A stretch of 64,000 nucleotides of DNA from contig OZ361259.1 in assembly GCA_977018835.1 (NCBI GenBank), positions 1,550,001 through 1,614,000 of the forward strand, read 5' to 3'. Made by a program: the position numbers and the translations under genes. The notes beneath the pieces were generated by a model that worked only from the letters and a program-made list of their open reading frames with translations, searched no databases and was not told the DNA's origin. The first letter of the stretch is position 1. Every line of letters begins with the position of its first letter. The stretch comes from Minutocellus sp. GHC0000111. Its lineage: Eukaryota. Positions 37,370-49,300 of this stretch are shown here, piece by piece.

Positions 37370-37679
37370 GATTTAGAATGCGATTTCAGATATAACAATG
37401 GAACCAAAGATACCTGCGGGCGATACCAAGTGGCTGAGAGTTGCTGCTTCGCGTCGGCTTCCAAGGGAAAAGAAGTCAACGGCGGTGCGGTGATGGTCGT
37501 TTTGGTCAGATCATCTTGAAGCATCCCCTCTCACGAGAGCAGGTTCAGGCTTTTGTACTCCACTGACGTGTTGGATGGAAGAGGATGGCCGGCTTGCTTG
37601 CAAATTCAAACCGGCCAAAAATGATGAGCTCTTGTTCCTCACCTACTGTATTCCTCAGAACCCGATAAGTAACGAAACC

Positions 37680-38771
37680 ATGATGATCCCGTGCCGTTCG
37701 GCTCTCGCCGTACTTCTGGCATGCGCCCTGGCCTCGTCTGTTTCGGCTTACAGCGGTGAGTTTGATTTTGACTTTTTGGGCGCAAAACCCGCACACGATG
37801 CGACAAGCACCGCCATTGCAGTGATGGGCGGTGGTGTGTGCCGGTATCCGAACCGCACGATATGTGCATGCCTTCATGTATGCTTGTCTTGACTTGCATG
37901 TGCTGCTTTTCTTCAAAATCAAACTCACTGGCCCCCATGACTGCCTATCCACGCGTATCTTTGGCCCGTGCGTTCAGCCGACAAGGCGGCTCTTGGCAAG
38001 GCCAACTTCGCCAAGTATTATCCGAGCCTGCCCGCCGATGCATCGTCCATCGCCGTCGGTGCCGGTGGTTGGTCGGCCATGGAGAAACTGTCGGCCGACC
38101 CCAAGGTCGAATTCGTCAACATGATTGCCTCCAACCTGTTCACGTCGGGTGGAAAGGTGAAGCAGGGTGAGGCCATTGACGATGGCAAGCTCAACGCTCT
38201 GGTCGCTTTGCTCCAAGCCCGTGGCAAGGGGTTCGACGCCGACCTTATTGATGGTACATGGCTCGCCGTCCTGTCTCGTCAGGGCAAGAAGTCGCCCAAG
38301 GTACAAAAGCTGGTATCGAGCAAGAGCAAGGTGAAGAAGGCCTACGCCAACTTCAACGTGGTCGAGCAGATCTTTGAGAATGAGAGCTACACGCCCCATG
38401 GTCGTGGTACCCTCCAGGCTACGGTGGAGTACAATCCTACCAACGAGGCGTATGAGATTGGAGCCGACGGCAGCATCGTTCTGAGACGGATTAGCTGTGA
38501 CATTACCAATGCCTCGTTCAAATACTGGAAATTGCCCAAGCTCCCCCTCCCGCTCAAGAAGAAGGGTGGATATCTCGACGTGCTGTATTTGGATGACGAT
38601 ATGCGCATCACCCGTGGTAACCGTGGCGGTTTGTTTGTGCACTTCCGACCAGACAATAAGGTGACCATACCTGCTGACTTTCAGCAGGCCTTGCTTGAGG
38701 AGAAGATTTTGCAGGATGAGAAGGCTGCCAAGAAGAAGAGCTGGTGGCGCCGACTGTTGAGGAGGTCGTAA
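37680..38771 (+). CDS. PAP/fibrillin-family plastid lipid-associated protein
   Basis: Signal peptide exon; intron 37756-37977; LIDGTW and GYLDVLYLDDDMRITRGNRGGLFV fibrillin motifs. Confidence 0.8.
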
Positions 38772-39205
38772 ATTATTGTTGGAGGATGATGTTGAGGCGT
38801 TAGACATGTCTTTCGTGTCACATGATAAAAAGAGATGACTCAGCCCAGCACAGCAGGTCCATTTCTCTGGCATTATTTGTGTTCAGCTAGTGTGCGCGCT
38901 GCTAATTATATGTGTAGAAAGTTTAGAAAACAAGTCAAAGCAACTTCCGTTGTTTATGTTTTTTTTCTGGCAGATCGTCAATGCAGTTCCCTGCTCGTTT
39001 TCGTTTTTAATCTCTCGGATTCTATGAGTAAGCAAAGCAGCATAAAGCATTTTCATTATGTTGCGTTGAATGCTGCATTGGCTAGAGGCATCTCCGTTGG
39101 GCTACTACTTTGAGCTGTGCCATTCGATAATAAAAATGCGCATTGGCTTTTAGAGAATTTGCCTTTCAGCCCTATTGACTTTTTAGAGTATTCATGCTTC
39201 TTAAT

Positions 39206-40222
39206 CTAAGCTTCCTCCGGAGTCTTGGCCTTGATCTGCAACGCATGGATCTTCTCCATGGTCTCCCCCAACAGCATATAAATCAACTGATGACGCTTGA
39301 CAGACGCCAACCCATCGAACGCCTCACTGACAATCTCCAAGGCAAAGTGACTCTCCCCACTCTCCTCCCAACCCTTGGATCCGGCATGGCCGGCATGCTG
39401 ATCGGAATTGTCCACCAATTCAATACTCGTGGGTTTGAGCACCGCAATCAACTTGGACATGATCTCGTTGTACATTGGCTTTCCGTCTCGTTGCTCAAAG
39501 GATGTTATTATCTCTCCGCTGGATGCCGATACTGATTCTTCTGCTGGTGCATCCTCTTGTGCCGATGCCTCTGCATCACCACCTTCACTACTAGCACTAC
39601 CCGCCCCACCACCGGCAATTTCCCTAGCCTTCTTCTTCATAACAGCAATCATATTCAAGAACCCATTGTTTCTACCGGGAGTCAAACTCTGCGATATCTT
39701 GGCGGCATGAATAAATTCCGGATCGACCGCCTCAATCTGTTCGGGGGTGCACCCGCTCATACCTCGGATCAGGAGTGCCACCAATCCCTTGGTCAGCAGA
39801 CCATCGGAGTCTCCCACGAACTTGACCGTCCCGTCGTTTTCCGGGCTGAGGGAGCAATCGACGTATACGGTCGATAGGCATCCCGGCACCTTGTTTTCCG
39901 GTACCTTGACAGCATCGTCGACGGTGGGGAGCTGACCGGCCATGAACAGGAGTTGCTTGTAGCGCATCTTATCGTCGGGGATGGACGAGAAGGCGTTGGT
40001 GATCTTGCGCAATTCGGGTGTCAGGCCGAGGGGATCGGCTTCGGTGGTGGCATCGTCGGTGGCGGTGGAATGCAGTGCAAATGTAGCGCAAGGAGAAGTG
40101 GTAGTGGAATGCGATGGTACAATAAGATGTGCTGGTGCTGCTTTTGGTTGGGCGACAAAGGCCGAGGTGGCCGAGAGGCTGGAGCACAGGAGAAGGGCGG
40201 AGAGCGCCGATCGGAGCATCAT
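39206..40222 (-). CDS. sufE: Plastid SufE-BolA fusion (SufE1-like)
   Basis: Signal + TSA-FV; KVPGCLSTVYV, DSDGLLTKGLVALL, LTPGRNNGF; BolA HAGH..GESHF...KRHQLIY...IHAL. Confidence 0.92.
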   Translation of the reverse strand: MMLRSALSALLLCSSLSATSAFVAQPKAAPAHLIVPSHSTTTSPCATFALHSTATDDATTEADPLGLTPELRKITNAFSSIPDDKMRYKQLLFMAGQLPTVDDAVKVPENKVPGCLSTVYVDCSLSPENDGTVKFVGDSDGLLTKGLVALLIRGMSGCTPEQIEAVDPEFIHAAKISQSLTPGRNNGFLNMIAVMKKKAREIAGGGAGSASSEGGDAEASAQEDAPAEESVSASSGEIITSFEQRDGKPMYNEIMSKLIAVLKPTSIELVDNSDQHAGHAGSKGWEESGESHFALEIVSEAFDGLASVKRHQLIYMLLGETMEKIHALQIKAKTPEEA

Positions 40223-40440
40223 CTTGAATTGGTGAAAGTAAATGTGGAGATCAGACGACAACGGTGATATAAGATGCTTCCAAAGAAGTTCGCCAACGAT
40301 GCTCGAAAGAATGAGCTGGTCGGCGAGCTCGGCGAGGTTGGAAGTCAAAGGGTTATGAGTCAATCTCCCGAAGGAACAATGATCTGATGCGTTACAATCG
40401 CGTCAGCAACGGTACCCTGCCGTATAAGATGCACTGCGAT

Positions 40441-41487
40441 ATGTCTACACGAAAGAGGCCCCATTGTCTGGCTGGCATCTGTCTATTAGCCGCATATGCC
40501 CCGCTGACTTCACCATTCTCCGCCTCGACCTCATCAGCCCCTCCCTCATTCTCGGCCGCTACTTTGGGAGGCCAACAAGCACAAGCTCTCTCAGGAACCT
40601 GGACCGATGCAAAGCTAAACCTACGCCATCCAGACTGCTGCGTCGTATCCGTGTCGAATTTAACACCACACCTGCAAACACTGCAGGATGAGTTCTGTGG
40701 TGATGATGGACCAGACGATTTGGATTTGCGAGTGCGAGTCCAATGCGACACATACGACAAGGCATACGACGATTGTGAGATGATACGCAGGGCGGTGATG
40801 AAGCCATTGGCAGTCGGCAATGTGGACGATGTTCGGAGAGAATACAAATACAACATTGGTAGAGGTGAAGATGATCTATCAGAAAATATGACAACAGAAG
40901 CACTTGTCGAATTGTGCCGTGGTGTGGCATCGCTTGCCGACGGACCTTTGACCAACACCGTGCAGGATGTTCACTTGCGGATAGTCTGCGCCTCGTCGTA
41001 TCGTGCACGGGATCCCATGTTTCACACCGACAAGTGTCCACTTCGAGGATATGTCACACTGACCGGGCCAGGCACGCAGTACATGAACCGAACGTGCTCA
41101 CCGGTGGAATATGGGCTGCTGCGAACATTTGGTGGTGAGGCGTTGGAAGGTAACGACGAATTGCATGATAATTTGAAGAGCGCCGAGGAGTTGGACTTCA
41201 TAGTGATGAAGGGAGATTGCTACGAGGCGCCTCTTCCAACCGGCGTTTAGTTGGGTCTTTCCGATCAAGTCACGCGAAAAATGTGGAAGCGCACATCAGC
41301 TTGCGTACATCGATCTCCTCCGGTGGGCGGTGGAAGTAGTGGCGGTGAAAATACTGCCGGACGGAGACGAGTGATTGTATCGCTCGACCTTGCCGACGGT
41401 GATGACGATCAGGAGTGGTATGTGGTGGGCCAGCGCAGAGGTTGGAGGAGCGGCATGACCCAGCGAAAGAGCCGATTGGTAGAGTAA
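40441..41487 (+). pseudogene. DUF1826-like protein gene with in-frame TAG
   Basis: PMFHTDKCPLRGYVTLTGPGTQY and VMKG, then TAG at 41248-41250, then in-frame VHRSPP...RRVIVSLD, the expected C-terminal motifs. Confidence 0.7.
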
Positions 41488-41527
41488 TGCGCAGTGTGTT
41501 CAATAATGTTATTTTCATAGCGTCTTA

Positions 41528-42189
41528 TTATTCGTCCTTATTTTCATCGAGTTTTCCGAGTAAGAAATCGAGATTCGTCAGCGGCGATCCTTCTTCCGCA
41601 TTCCGATCGGCCGCACCGCCTTTATCCAAGCCTTGGCGCGCCGCCATATCCTCGTCCCCTCTCAATTCGCTGAACCTGTCTTCTGCTTCGCCATCATACC
41701 AATCACCACCCTTGCTCATGGCTTTTTGAATGGCCCTGGCGGCACCCTCCAGACCACCACTCGCCATTGCATTGCGTATCTCGTCCGATGCGCCGAGGGC
41801 TCGTTCGCCGCGCTCGCCTGCAGACGGTCGTCCGCGTCGGAGGTTTTGGAGGGCGTCGGCTGCCTCGTCGTAGGATGAGGTCTGCTGCGGAGGTTCTGGG
41901 TTGGCCAGCTCGGGAAAGAGCGGCGTTAATCTACTAGAATCTTTTTCTTCATCATTTGAATCTGAAGACGACAAAGAAAAGTCGCATATCCTATCATTCC
42001 ATCGTCCTCTCCTCCTACTGCCACACCGGCTGGTCCATAAATGTTGCGGCTGCTGGAGACGCCTCAACGCCGATGAGTCATGACCGACAGCTTACATGAT
42101 GCCGGGAAAAAGGAATGATGGCTGGAAAATGAATCCACGCTCGACAATGCGCCGCAGAGGACGGACGCCCTTCCAATAATGCGACGCAT
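41528..42189 (-). pseudogene. Hypothetical presequence-bearing protein gene with frameshift
   Basis: MRRIIGRASVLCGALSSVDSF signal-like start ends at TGA 42064-42066. The coding-like body continues in another frame that has only a TTG start. Confidence 0.45.
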
Positions 42190-42309
42190 CTCTCGCCTTC
42201 GCCTTTTCCAGGAGATGCCTACTGTGCCGCCGCGTCTTGACCGCGTTCTGCTCCCTCTCGGCTCGGCTCTCTCGCCTTGGTTTGGCTGCTGACCTCCGCG
42301 GTGTACGAC

Positions 42310-42349
42310 GACTAGTCCCGCCAATCCCTTCCTGACGGGACCAGTCTGA
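42310..42349. repeat. 40-bp stem-loop element, copy 1
   Basis: gactagtcccgccaatcccttcctgacgggaccagtctga; 35/40 identical to 42999-43038. Confidence 0.8.
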
Positions 42350-42489
42350 GCAAACCAACCTGGCTGGCTACGTAGCTACTGTAGATCTGGTGGTGGTGGT
42401 TCTGCACGTACAGTATGATTTATTAAGGATCACTCCAGAAACAAGAAATAGATCTAATAGTTACATTGTCGGCACATATCGCATCTCAA

Positions 42490-42995
42490 TTAGAAGGATG
42501 TTGCTGGAATGGTGGTGCTTACGACATACGAGCACGTGCCGCTGTTGACGTTGCCACTGGAATCGAGTCCCCAGTCGCCATCGGGGAACTCGCCCTGTCC
42601 CTCGAGCTTGATGATGCTGTCCTTGGAGGCGTTGATTCGAAGAACAACGTCATCCGCCTTGCTGGAAGACAGCGATCCGCAGTTCACCTCCCAGACTGAG
42701 TTGGTTCCACCGATGGTGTTGAGTTGTGCGAGCTTGCCAACGGAATTTACCTTCAATTCCAAGCCACTGACTCCGTTTTGCCACTTCGTCTCCCACGAAC
42801 CCTTGCTGCAACTGTACTTGATCAACTTGACAAACTTGGAATTCTCGGCGATGCCAAATGCGTAGCTTCCGTCGCAAAGGTAATTGTCGACACCAAGCTC
42901 GGTGATGGATTCATCGCGGCCCATCTTGGTACCCACGCACTTGCCCGCGTTGGGAGGGCTGGGAATTTGACATCCAGTCAGCCCATCATCGGGCG
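42490..42995 (-). pseudogene. Headless 3' fragment of a secreted-protein paralogue
   Basis: Coding-like frame with no plausible start or signal peptide. YLCDGSYAFGIAE resembles KDDWRFGIAQ of the neighbouring gene, and both end IPAxSF-stop. Confidence 0.5.
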
Positions 42996-42998
42996 TAG

Positions 42999-43038
42999 GA
43001 CTGGTCCCGTCACTCCCTTCCCGACGGGACCAATCTGA
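42999..43038. repeat. 40-bp stem-loop element, copy 2
   Basis: gactggtcccgtcactcccttcccgacgggaccaatctga; inverted arms tggtcccgtc/gacgggacca. Confidence 0.8.
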
Positions 43039-43147
43039 TAGCCGTTTCGTCGGCCGAGAGTCGACCGGAAATGCAATCTGATAAATGACATCTAATAAGA
43101 AATTGACTAGTATAAGAACTCCAATAGATCTGGTAGGCCGTTTCAAT

Positions 43148-44655
43148 TTAGAAAGAGGGGGCCGGGATTGGAATAGGTTTGCACTGTCCATCAGTAGGGT
43201 CGCATACCTCGGTACCGACACAGGGAACACCGAAGCAAAGATCAGCGCATTGCCCTTGGAAGCATATTTCGGTTCCAGGACATTGGACACCCGCACATGG
43301 GTCAAGAGGCTTGCACTGTCCGTCAGCGGGGTCGCACACCTCTGTGCCGACACAGGGAACACCGAAGCAAAGATCGACGCATTGCCCTTGGAAACATTTT
43401 TGGGTACCAGGGCATGGGACTCCAGCACACGGGTCGATAGGTTTGCACTGTCCGTCAGCGGGATCACATACCTCGGTGCCAACGCATGGGACTCCAAGGC
43501 AAAGATCAACGCACTGTCCCATGACACACTTCTGGTTCAGTGGGCAAGGAACACCATTGCAAATATCAATGTCCTCGCACATACCTGTCTTTGGATTGCA
43601 AGTCTGGGTAAATGGGCAGGGAACGCCGGCACAAAGGTCCTTTTCGTCATTGGGTACAAAGTACCACTTTGCGTCAGGAGAAGTGCGGCTGTATCCATTG
43701 TTGAAGACCTCCCATAGGGTGTTGACGATACCCGGACCGTCACGGAATCGGACGATAACGTCCTTTCCAGGTCCCTTATTGTAGTTGTCGTTGAGCTTGT
43801 CGGCATCGTTATCGCCGCTGCTGCCACCAAGTCGACGCTCACGGCGACGGTCCTGGTCCCGAATCTTGAGCTTGGGGAGGTGATCGTCACGGCCAGCACC
43901 GGGTTGACCAATGAGCCAGTAGCATCCAGTACCGAAGACAATGTACATGTAGGCAATGTTGCCCGCCTTCTCGCCAATGCAAAGCTGCTTGGCGCCCTGG
44001 AAGGCCTTGTAAACGGGCATGACTGGAGCATCCTTTTCGAACAGCTGGAGAAAAGTATCAAAGGGGGCCGTCATGTTTGGGACGGGTCCTACGTATTTCA
44101 ACAATGAGATGAGATCGGGAGGAGGTTAGTCGTGTCCATCTGAAATTGTGATATCGTTTCTTTATTAGATGCTTGCCAAAGAATCAGGCGACCGCGTAAC
44201 TCACCTTGGGCGATGCCAAACCTCCAATCATCCTTGCCAATGCCCTCATCGATGTAAATGCACTCCTCGTTTTTCTTGTTCTGAACCTCCATCGATCCGC
44301 CATACTCTTCAGTGTCGATTGCGTAGTATCCAACCTTGGGGGGGACTGGAGGGACGGGGGGCATCGGCATGGTGGGCATATCGGCCTTCCACCAAAGCTC
44401 GCGGCCGCTATTTGTCTTCGTCGGCTTCTTCTGCTCGGCATGACCGGCCATAGGGTCGACCTGAACCAGAGGAGGTAGGGGTCCCTCGGACAAAAAATTC
44501 TTCCAGTCCGAGGCAGAGTGCTCGGTGACAACAGCGCCAAATGCGGCGGCGTGCATCTCGTCAAGCTTGTGCTGGTCCTTGGCATGTGCTTTGGCGACTG
44601 CAACCGAAGACACCGACATCGATGCCGCGATAATTGCGTGGAGAACGAACTTCAT
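43148..44655 (-). CDS. Secreted protein with tandem 44-aa Cys-rich repeats
   Basis: Signal peptide MKFVLHAII; intron 44089-44204; RRERRL motif; ~3.5 copies of a 132-nt unit DLCxGVPCVGTEVCDPADGQCKPxDPCAGVxCPGTxxCFQGQCx. Confidence 0.8.
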
Positions 44656-47600
44656 CTTGTAGTAGTGTGCTGTCTCGGATGACTTTTAAAAATATGTCGA
44701 TCAAAGTCAAAGTAGCCCGACGAGAAATGGAGACGATACGAATGTAAAATTGAGCAGAGATACGGATAAATTGCAAGAATAATGAGATGTCAAAGCCTGG
44801 AGATCAATGTGATTTGTCCACGTCCGGTGCATGCGCCAAGCAAAAGGATTCCAAACATGTTTGGTACTGTCCTTCGGCGCATCCATCAGGGTGCCACAGC
44901 GCATCCCGCATCGTCCAGCTTGCGTTGGGCAAAAATTTTCGGCCACATGCTGATCAAAGCCGAAATTCCAACGTAGGGGTCAGTTTAACTGCGACTCGTT
45001 CGACCGCAACAAACCCACAACCCAGCACACCTCGCTCGCTCAAACTCCAGAACGAAACCACCCTCCGACGGTACCAACCCGCCTCGCGATCGTCATAATT
45101 GACACAAAGCATGAAATTCTACCTAACCACCGCTCTTCTATGGCCCCAAAGGATGTATCTCTGTCAAAACGAAACGTCTATTGACAAGATGTAGTCCGAG
45201 AACGACCCAAAATCGCCGGCGGTGGCGCAATTTTCTGCAAGTCCGAAAACCCACCGAAAAGCGTGGTTTTGGGTTGTTATCTCGTATGATAGATGTTTCA
45301 GGCCCAAATACCACCCATCCAATCGTCGTGTATGGTCATTTGATGGATTGTTATGTGGTCGGTCGAACCAATTTCGTGCAGCATGTCGAGAATTCGCCAC
45401 CTTTCATGGTCAAAATTCGGCAAAAAGTACATGTTGGGCTCCAAACAGGGTTTTCGGGGCAGATCATGCAAAGTTACCTTTCCACCACAGACTTTCGCCC
45501 AAAAATCCATCGGTATGGTCCATGAATGGACTGCCGTAGGGTGGTTCGATGCCAAATGTCCAGAGATGACGAGAAACTCACTACTTTTATACTCCAACAT
45601 CGGCCCAGAACCGCCAAATACCGCAAAAGTTGGTTTGGGGGGCAGATCGAGTGCAATTCCCCTTCCAGCCCTTCCAGCACAGAGTTATACACATCCGCTC
45701 TTTCGGTATAACCTAGGAGTGCACTGATGTGAGGTGGCTTGATGCAAATTGTCGATAGAGCACGAGAATTCTCACACGCCCATCTCGAAAATTTGACGGG
45801 GAGGCCAAAAAATATGGGTTTGGGGGGGAATTCTCGAAGATAGAGCTTCGATGCAGGATATTTTCATGCGGGACGCTCCATTCGGTATATAGGTGGATTG
45901 TGATGGAGTCCCTTGGCGGGAAAATTCTGTAGAGGTCGAGAATGCTCGCATGCAGTGCCGAAAATGATGGTGGACACCGCCACCAAGGACAGAAATGGGT
46001 TATTAGCTCATGTTCCCAGTCGTTTCACTCGAGGTCAAACCATGTAAATAATTTTATTTGGCCCCTGAGTGGAAGTTTATGCAGTGGTTCGATGGAATTC
46101 GGCCTTGTGGGGCGGAAGAAATGCCCCCAGGGTGTGGAAATTTTGCCAATCTGGCCTTGGAGGGTGATGAAATCAGCAAAATATCACCACAGAATGTGCC
46201 CAACGGCAATAGGTAGCCGATATTGTTTGGTATTTCCACTGAGTTATGACACATGGCAAGCTGTTGAAGAAAAGTTTTTGCGGGGTTTCGGCAAATGTTG
46301 GTCGTTTGGCAGCGGTACCAATGTCTCGTGGAGGTTGGTGACGGAATTTTCAACGGACCTGTCGGGGTATCAAGGGATCCTATTGAATGAGCAATCGTCC
46401 AAATTCATGCATGGGGATAGTATCGTCGGGCGATACAAAATGTACCCTTTCGATTTGTATCCTCATGCGAAGGTGGCAATGAATCTGTGGGGTGCAAAAG
46501 GACCAACAGGTTTCGACTTACGATCTCATTTTTACCGCTAAATCATCAAAATCGTACCAAATGACGATGGATTGGATTCACAGACGTCCAATAGCTGCTG
46601 TAGCTTATTTTATCCTCTTTGGTATAGTCAAGGAGAAAGGATTGCATGAAAGTTTCGCGAGCTAAGTGCATGTTTTGGTCATTAGGTGAAGGCAGTACTG
46701 TTTCGCATAGGTCGTCGGTGAGATTTTTCAGCTCTGAAATTATACGCTATGAGGGCAGATTCGGACAATAGAGGGAGAGCGGACGCTGTTGATCATTACT
46801 GTCGCTTAGGTATGATATGAGGTGGCGCGATAATCAAAAGTTTCGCAGGTTTCCTGCCAATCTTGGTGCTTTGGTAGCTATTTGGGTTCTTGGTGGGGGG
46901 CGAGATGGAGATTTTTCGAGGCCGCACTAAGATTACCAATACCGGTGATAGGTGCCAGGGGACAACAATCAGTGCATAAGGTGTCATGAAAATTGATCTA
47001 TTCATACCCCTGGTAGGTTGATATACTTGTGAGAGGGTCTCGGCGCTGGCAAGAGGGGCAATGGAGGCACGTTGGCGTAAAAATATGGTCATTCATGAGT
47101 AAAAATCGAGATGTCGTCGACCTCCACGAGGAGTAGTCATCTACAGCACACGATAATGTCACCAACTCAATAGCACTACCCAATTATTTCACCCCTAATG
47201 ATATCTAGTCGAGCTTTATCGGTAGTAGCTGCAGTAAAATCGCTTGCTTTGGGTATTTGCGGCCACTATTGACTGTCTAACTTCGAGGAGGTTGGCGTCA
47301 AATTTGTCGCGCATAGATATTCATGTTTATTTTGGTCTATTATTTTCCGTGTCATCACAAAGGACAATGCATGGGTATATAGAACAATCGATCATGCTAA
47401 GCGTCGCCATTTGATACAGTTATCAAACAGTATAGTTGTGCTTCTATATCACTCAGCATTCATATTGGAAGTTGGAGTGAGTGCCTCGTAAATCTTGCAC
47501 CGTCCTCCACGAAATAGTCAGATACCCTCTAAATCACTGATCTTTGCAGCAACCCTGCAAAACTTTCCACCAATGAGCCACCTCATATCATATGTAGGTG

Positions 47601-49300
47601 GGAATAAGCTACTGGTGTCGTGAATGAACGCGCATGGACCCAAACTATCGTCATGTTGGTATTTTGGACCTTCCAGCAAATTACCCTAAAAAAATGACAA
47701 CATGAGATAGTTTGGCCGAACTATCAACCAAATTGCCAGAAAAATGCCATGGGACCTCAGCGTGGATGCATACCGTCCGATTGGAAGCCTCGCTATCGTC
47801 GATTTGGCGTAGGTAGGCATGCCTATTGAGGAAGTGGTGTCGCGGTGGAGAAGTTGATGAGAATCTGGAAGTTCTGGTTTTACTTGTCATTTTGTGAGAA
47901 TGCAATTGGTTCCAAACGCGGAAACTCAACAATCAACACATACACTTCCATTCTTTAGTATATTCCTCGGCAGGATTGAACGAGAGTCAGCACCCCACGG
48001 TTCAATTTCAAGAACTATTGTACCTCATCTGATTTTGGCGCCTGACCCAACACCGGAAAATTTACCACAAATCCACAAAGCCTCAACGAATTGATCCACT
48101 TGCTGACACCCAACCCGCAGAAGAAGCACATCGATCGCTCGAGTAGTGTCATAGGATCGAAATATCAAAAGTTGTATAGAAACTCTAAGCGGATTTTTCC
48201 GACCAATGAGGCCACATCGATGTTGAGGGCCGTTTTTGCGACAAAGTCGAATCTTGATTTTGGGGAGGATGGCGGCATTTTGCGATTCTTGTGCGTGCGA
48301 ACTCAATAACACTCCCATACCACCACCCCATGCTTTCAACAAACCGACCTATCAGCCCGTCAAATGTTGACAGACTCCCATTTAGTCGACTGCACCTTTA
48401 CTTTTCTCTCCGATTGTAGCCGTCGTGGAGGTCGAGGTTGGCCGGTGACATGTGCCGAAAGTCGATTTTCGCCAGTTTCAAAAGTCAGAGACTCAGAATG
48501 ACGACTCACTGGACAAGATACATATACAGAGAAGATATGATGAGGTGGGCATGGTGGTTGGATACCATCTTGGTGGTCGTCGGGGGCATGGATTTTGGTC
48601 GTCGTGTAGTTGGTTGGGTGGATTTTTGGCACAGTCCGAGATGGGTGTTATTTCCGGGTTTCTTTGGTCGAAAATCAAAACCCCGAAAGTACCCATAGAA
48701 GTGGATGCAAGACACACGCAATTGATTTTTTACGGATTCAAGACAGAAGACGCCCCCGAAGTGGCATGAAACATGAAATGTGTCTTTTTGATCGTCTCGT
48801 GGCCTTTCCGCCTCGAACGATCATCAGTGATGTTCGGCCGAGAGCGACCATACCTCTCTCTTTTTTGGCGAACGCCGTGTGGATTCATGAAAAAGTTCGA
48901 TACTCGCTGAGAGCGAAGTATTGGCGAGCGAAAGCACAAACCCAAGATTGCTTTCAGTCATCCACCTCACCAAAACCAAAATAAAGCACAAACAGCTACT
49001 GCATAGTTCGTGTAGCTCATTTCATCATCATTCCCTTGAACAACTTCCAAAATAAGCAGCAGGTAAGTTCACAGATATTCGATGATTTGATTGTATGTTA
49101 GCCATTGGCGGTGTGATCTATCGAAACTTGATGAATTGTAGCTTGCTGTTCTTCTCTCGTGCTCAGCCATGTGTCGACACATGCGCCGATGCTACAGGTC
49201 AAGTCGAATGAAAACCTGCCACTCACCAAATCTGACAACCAAATACTTTTACCAACTGCCATTCCAATATATATGGCAAACAACAACTTTCCTGATAGAA

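Noticed and set aside
6948..41250. Stop-codon reassignment as the explanation for in-frame TAG/TAA
   Set aside because: Both TAG and TAA occur internally, the same genes often also have frameshifts, and intact genes terminate with TAA, TAG and TGA.
42310..43640. CRISPR-like or tRNA-like interpretation of the hairpins and repeats
   Set aside because: Only two hairpin copies ~690 nt apart with no spacer array or cloverleaf; the 132-nt repeats are protein-coding.
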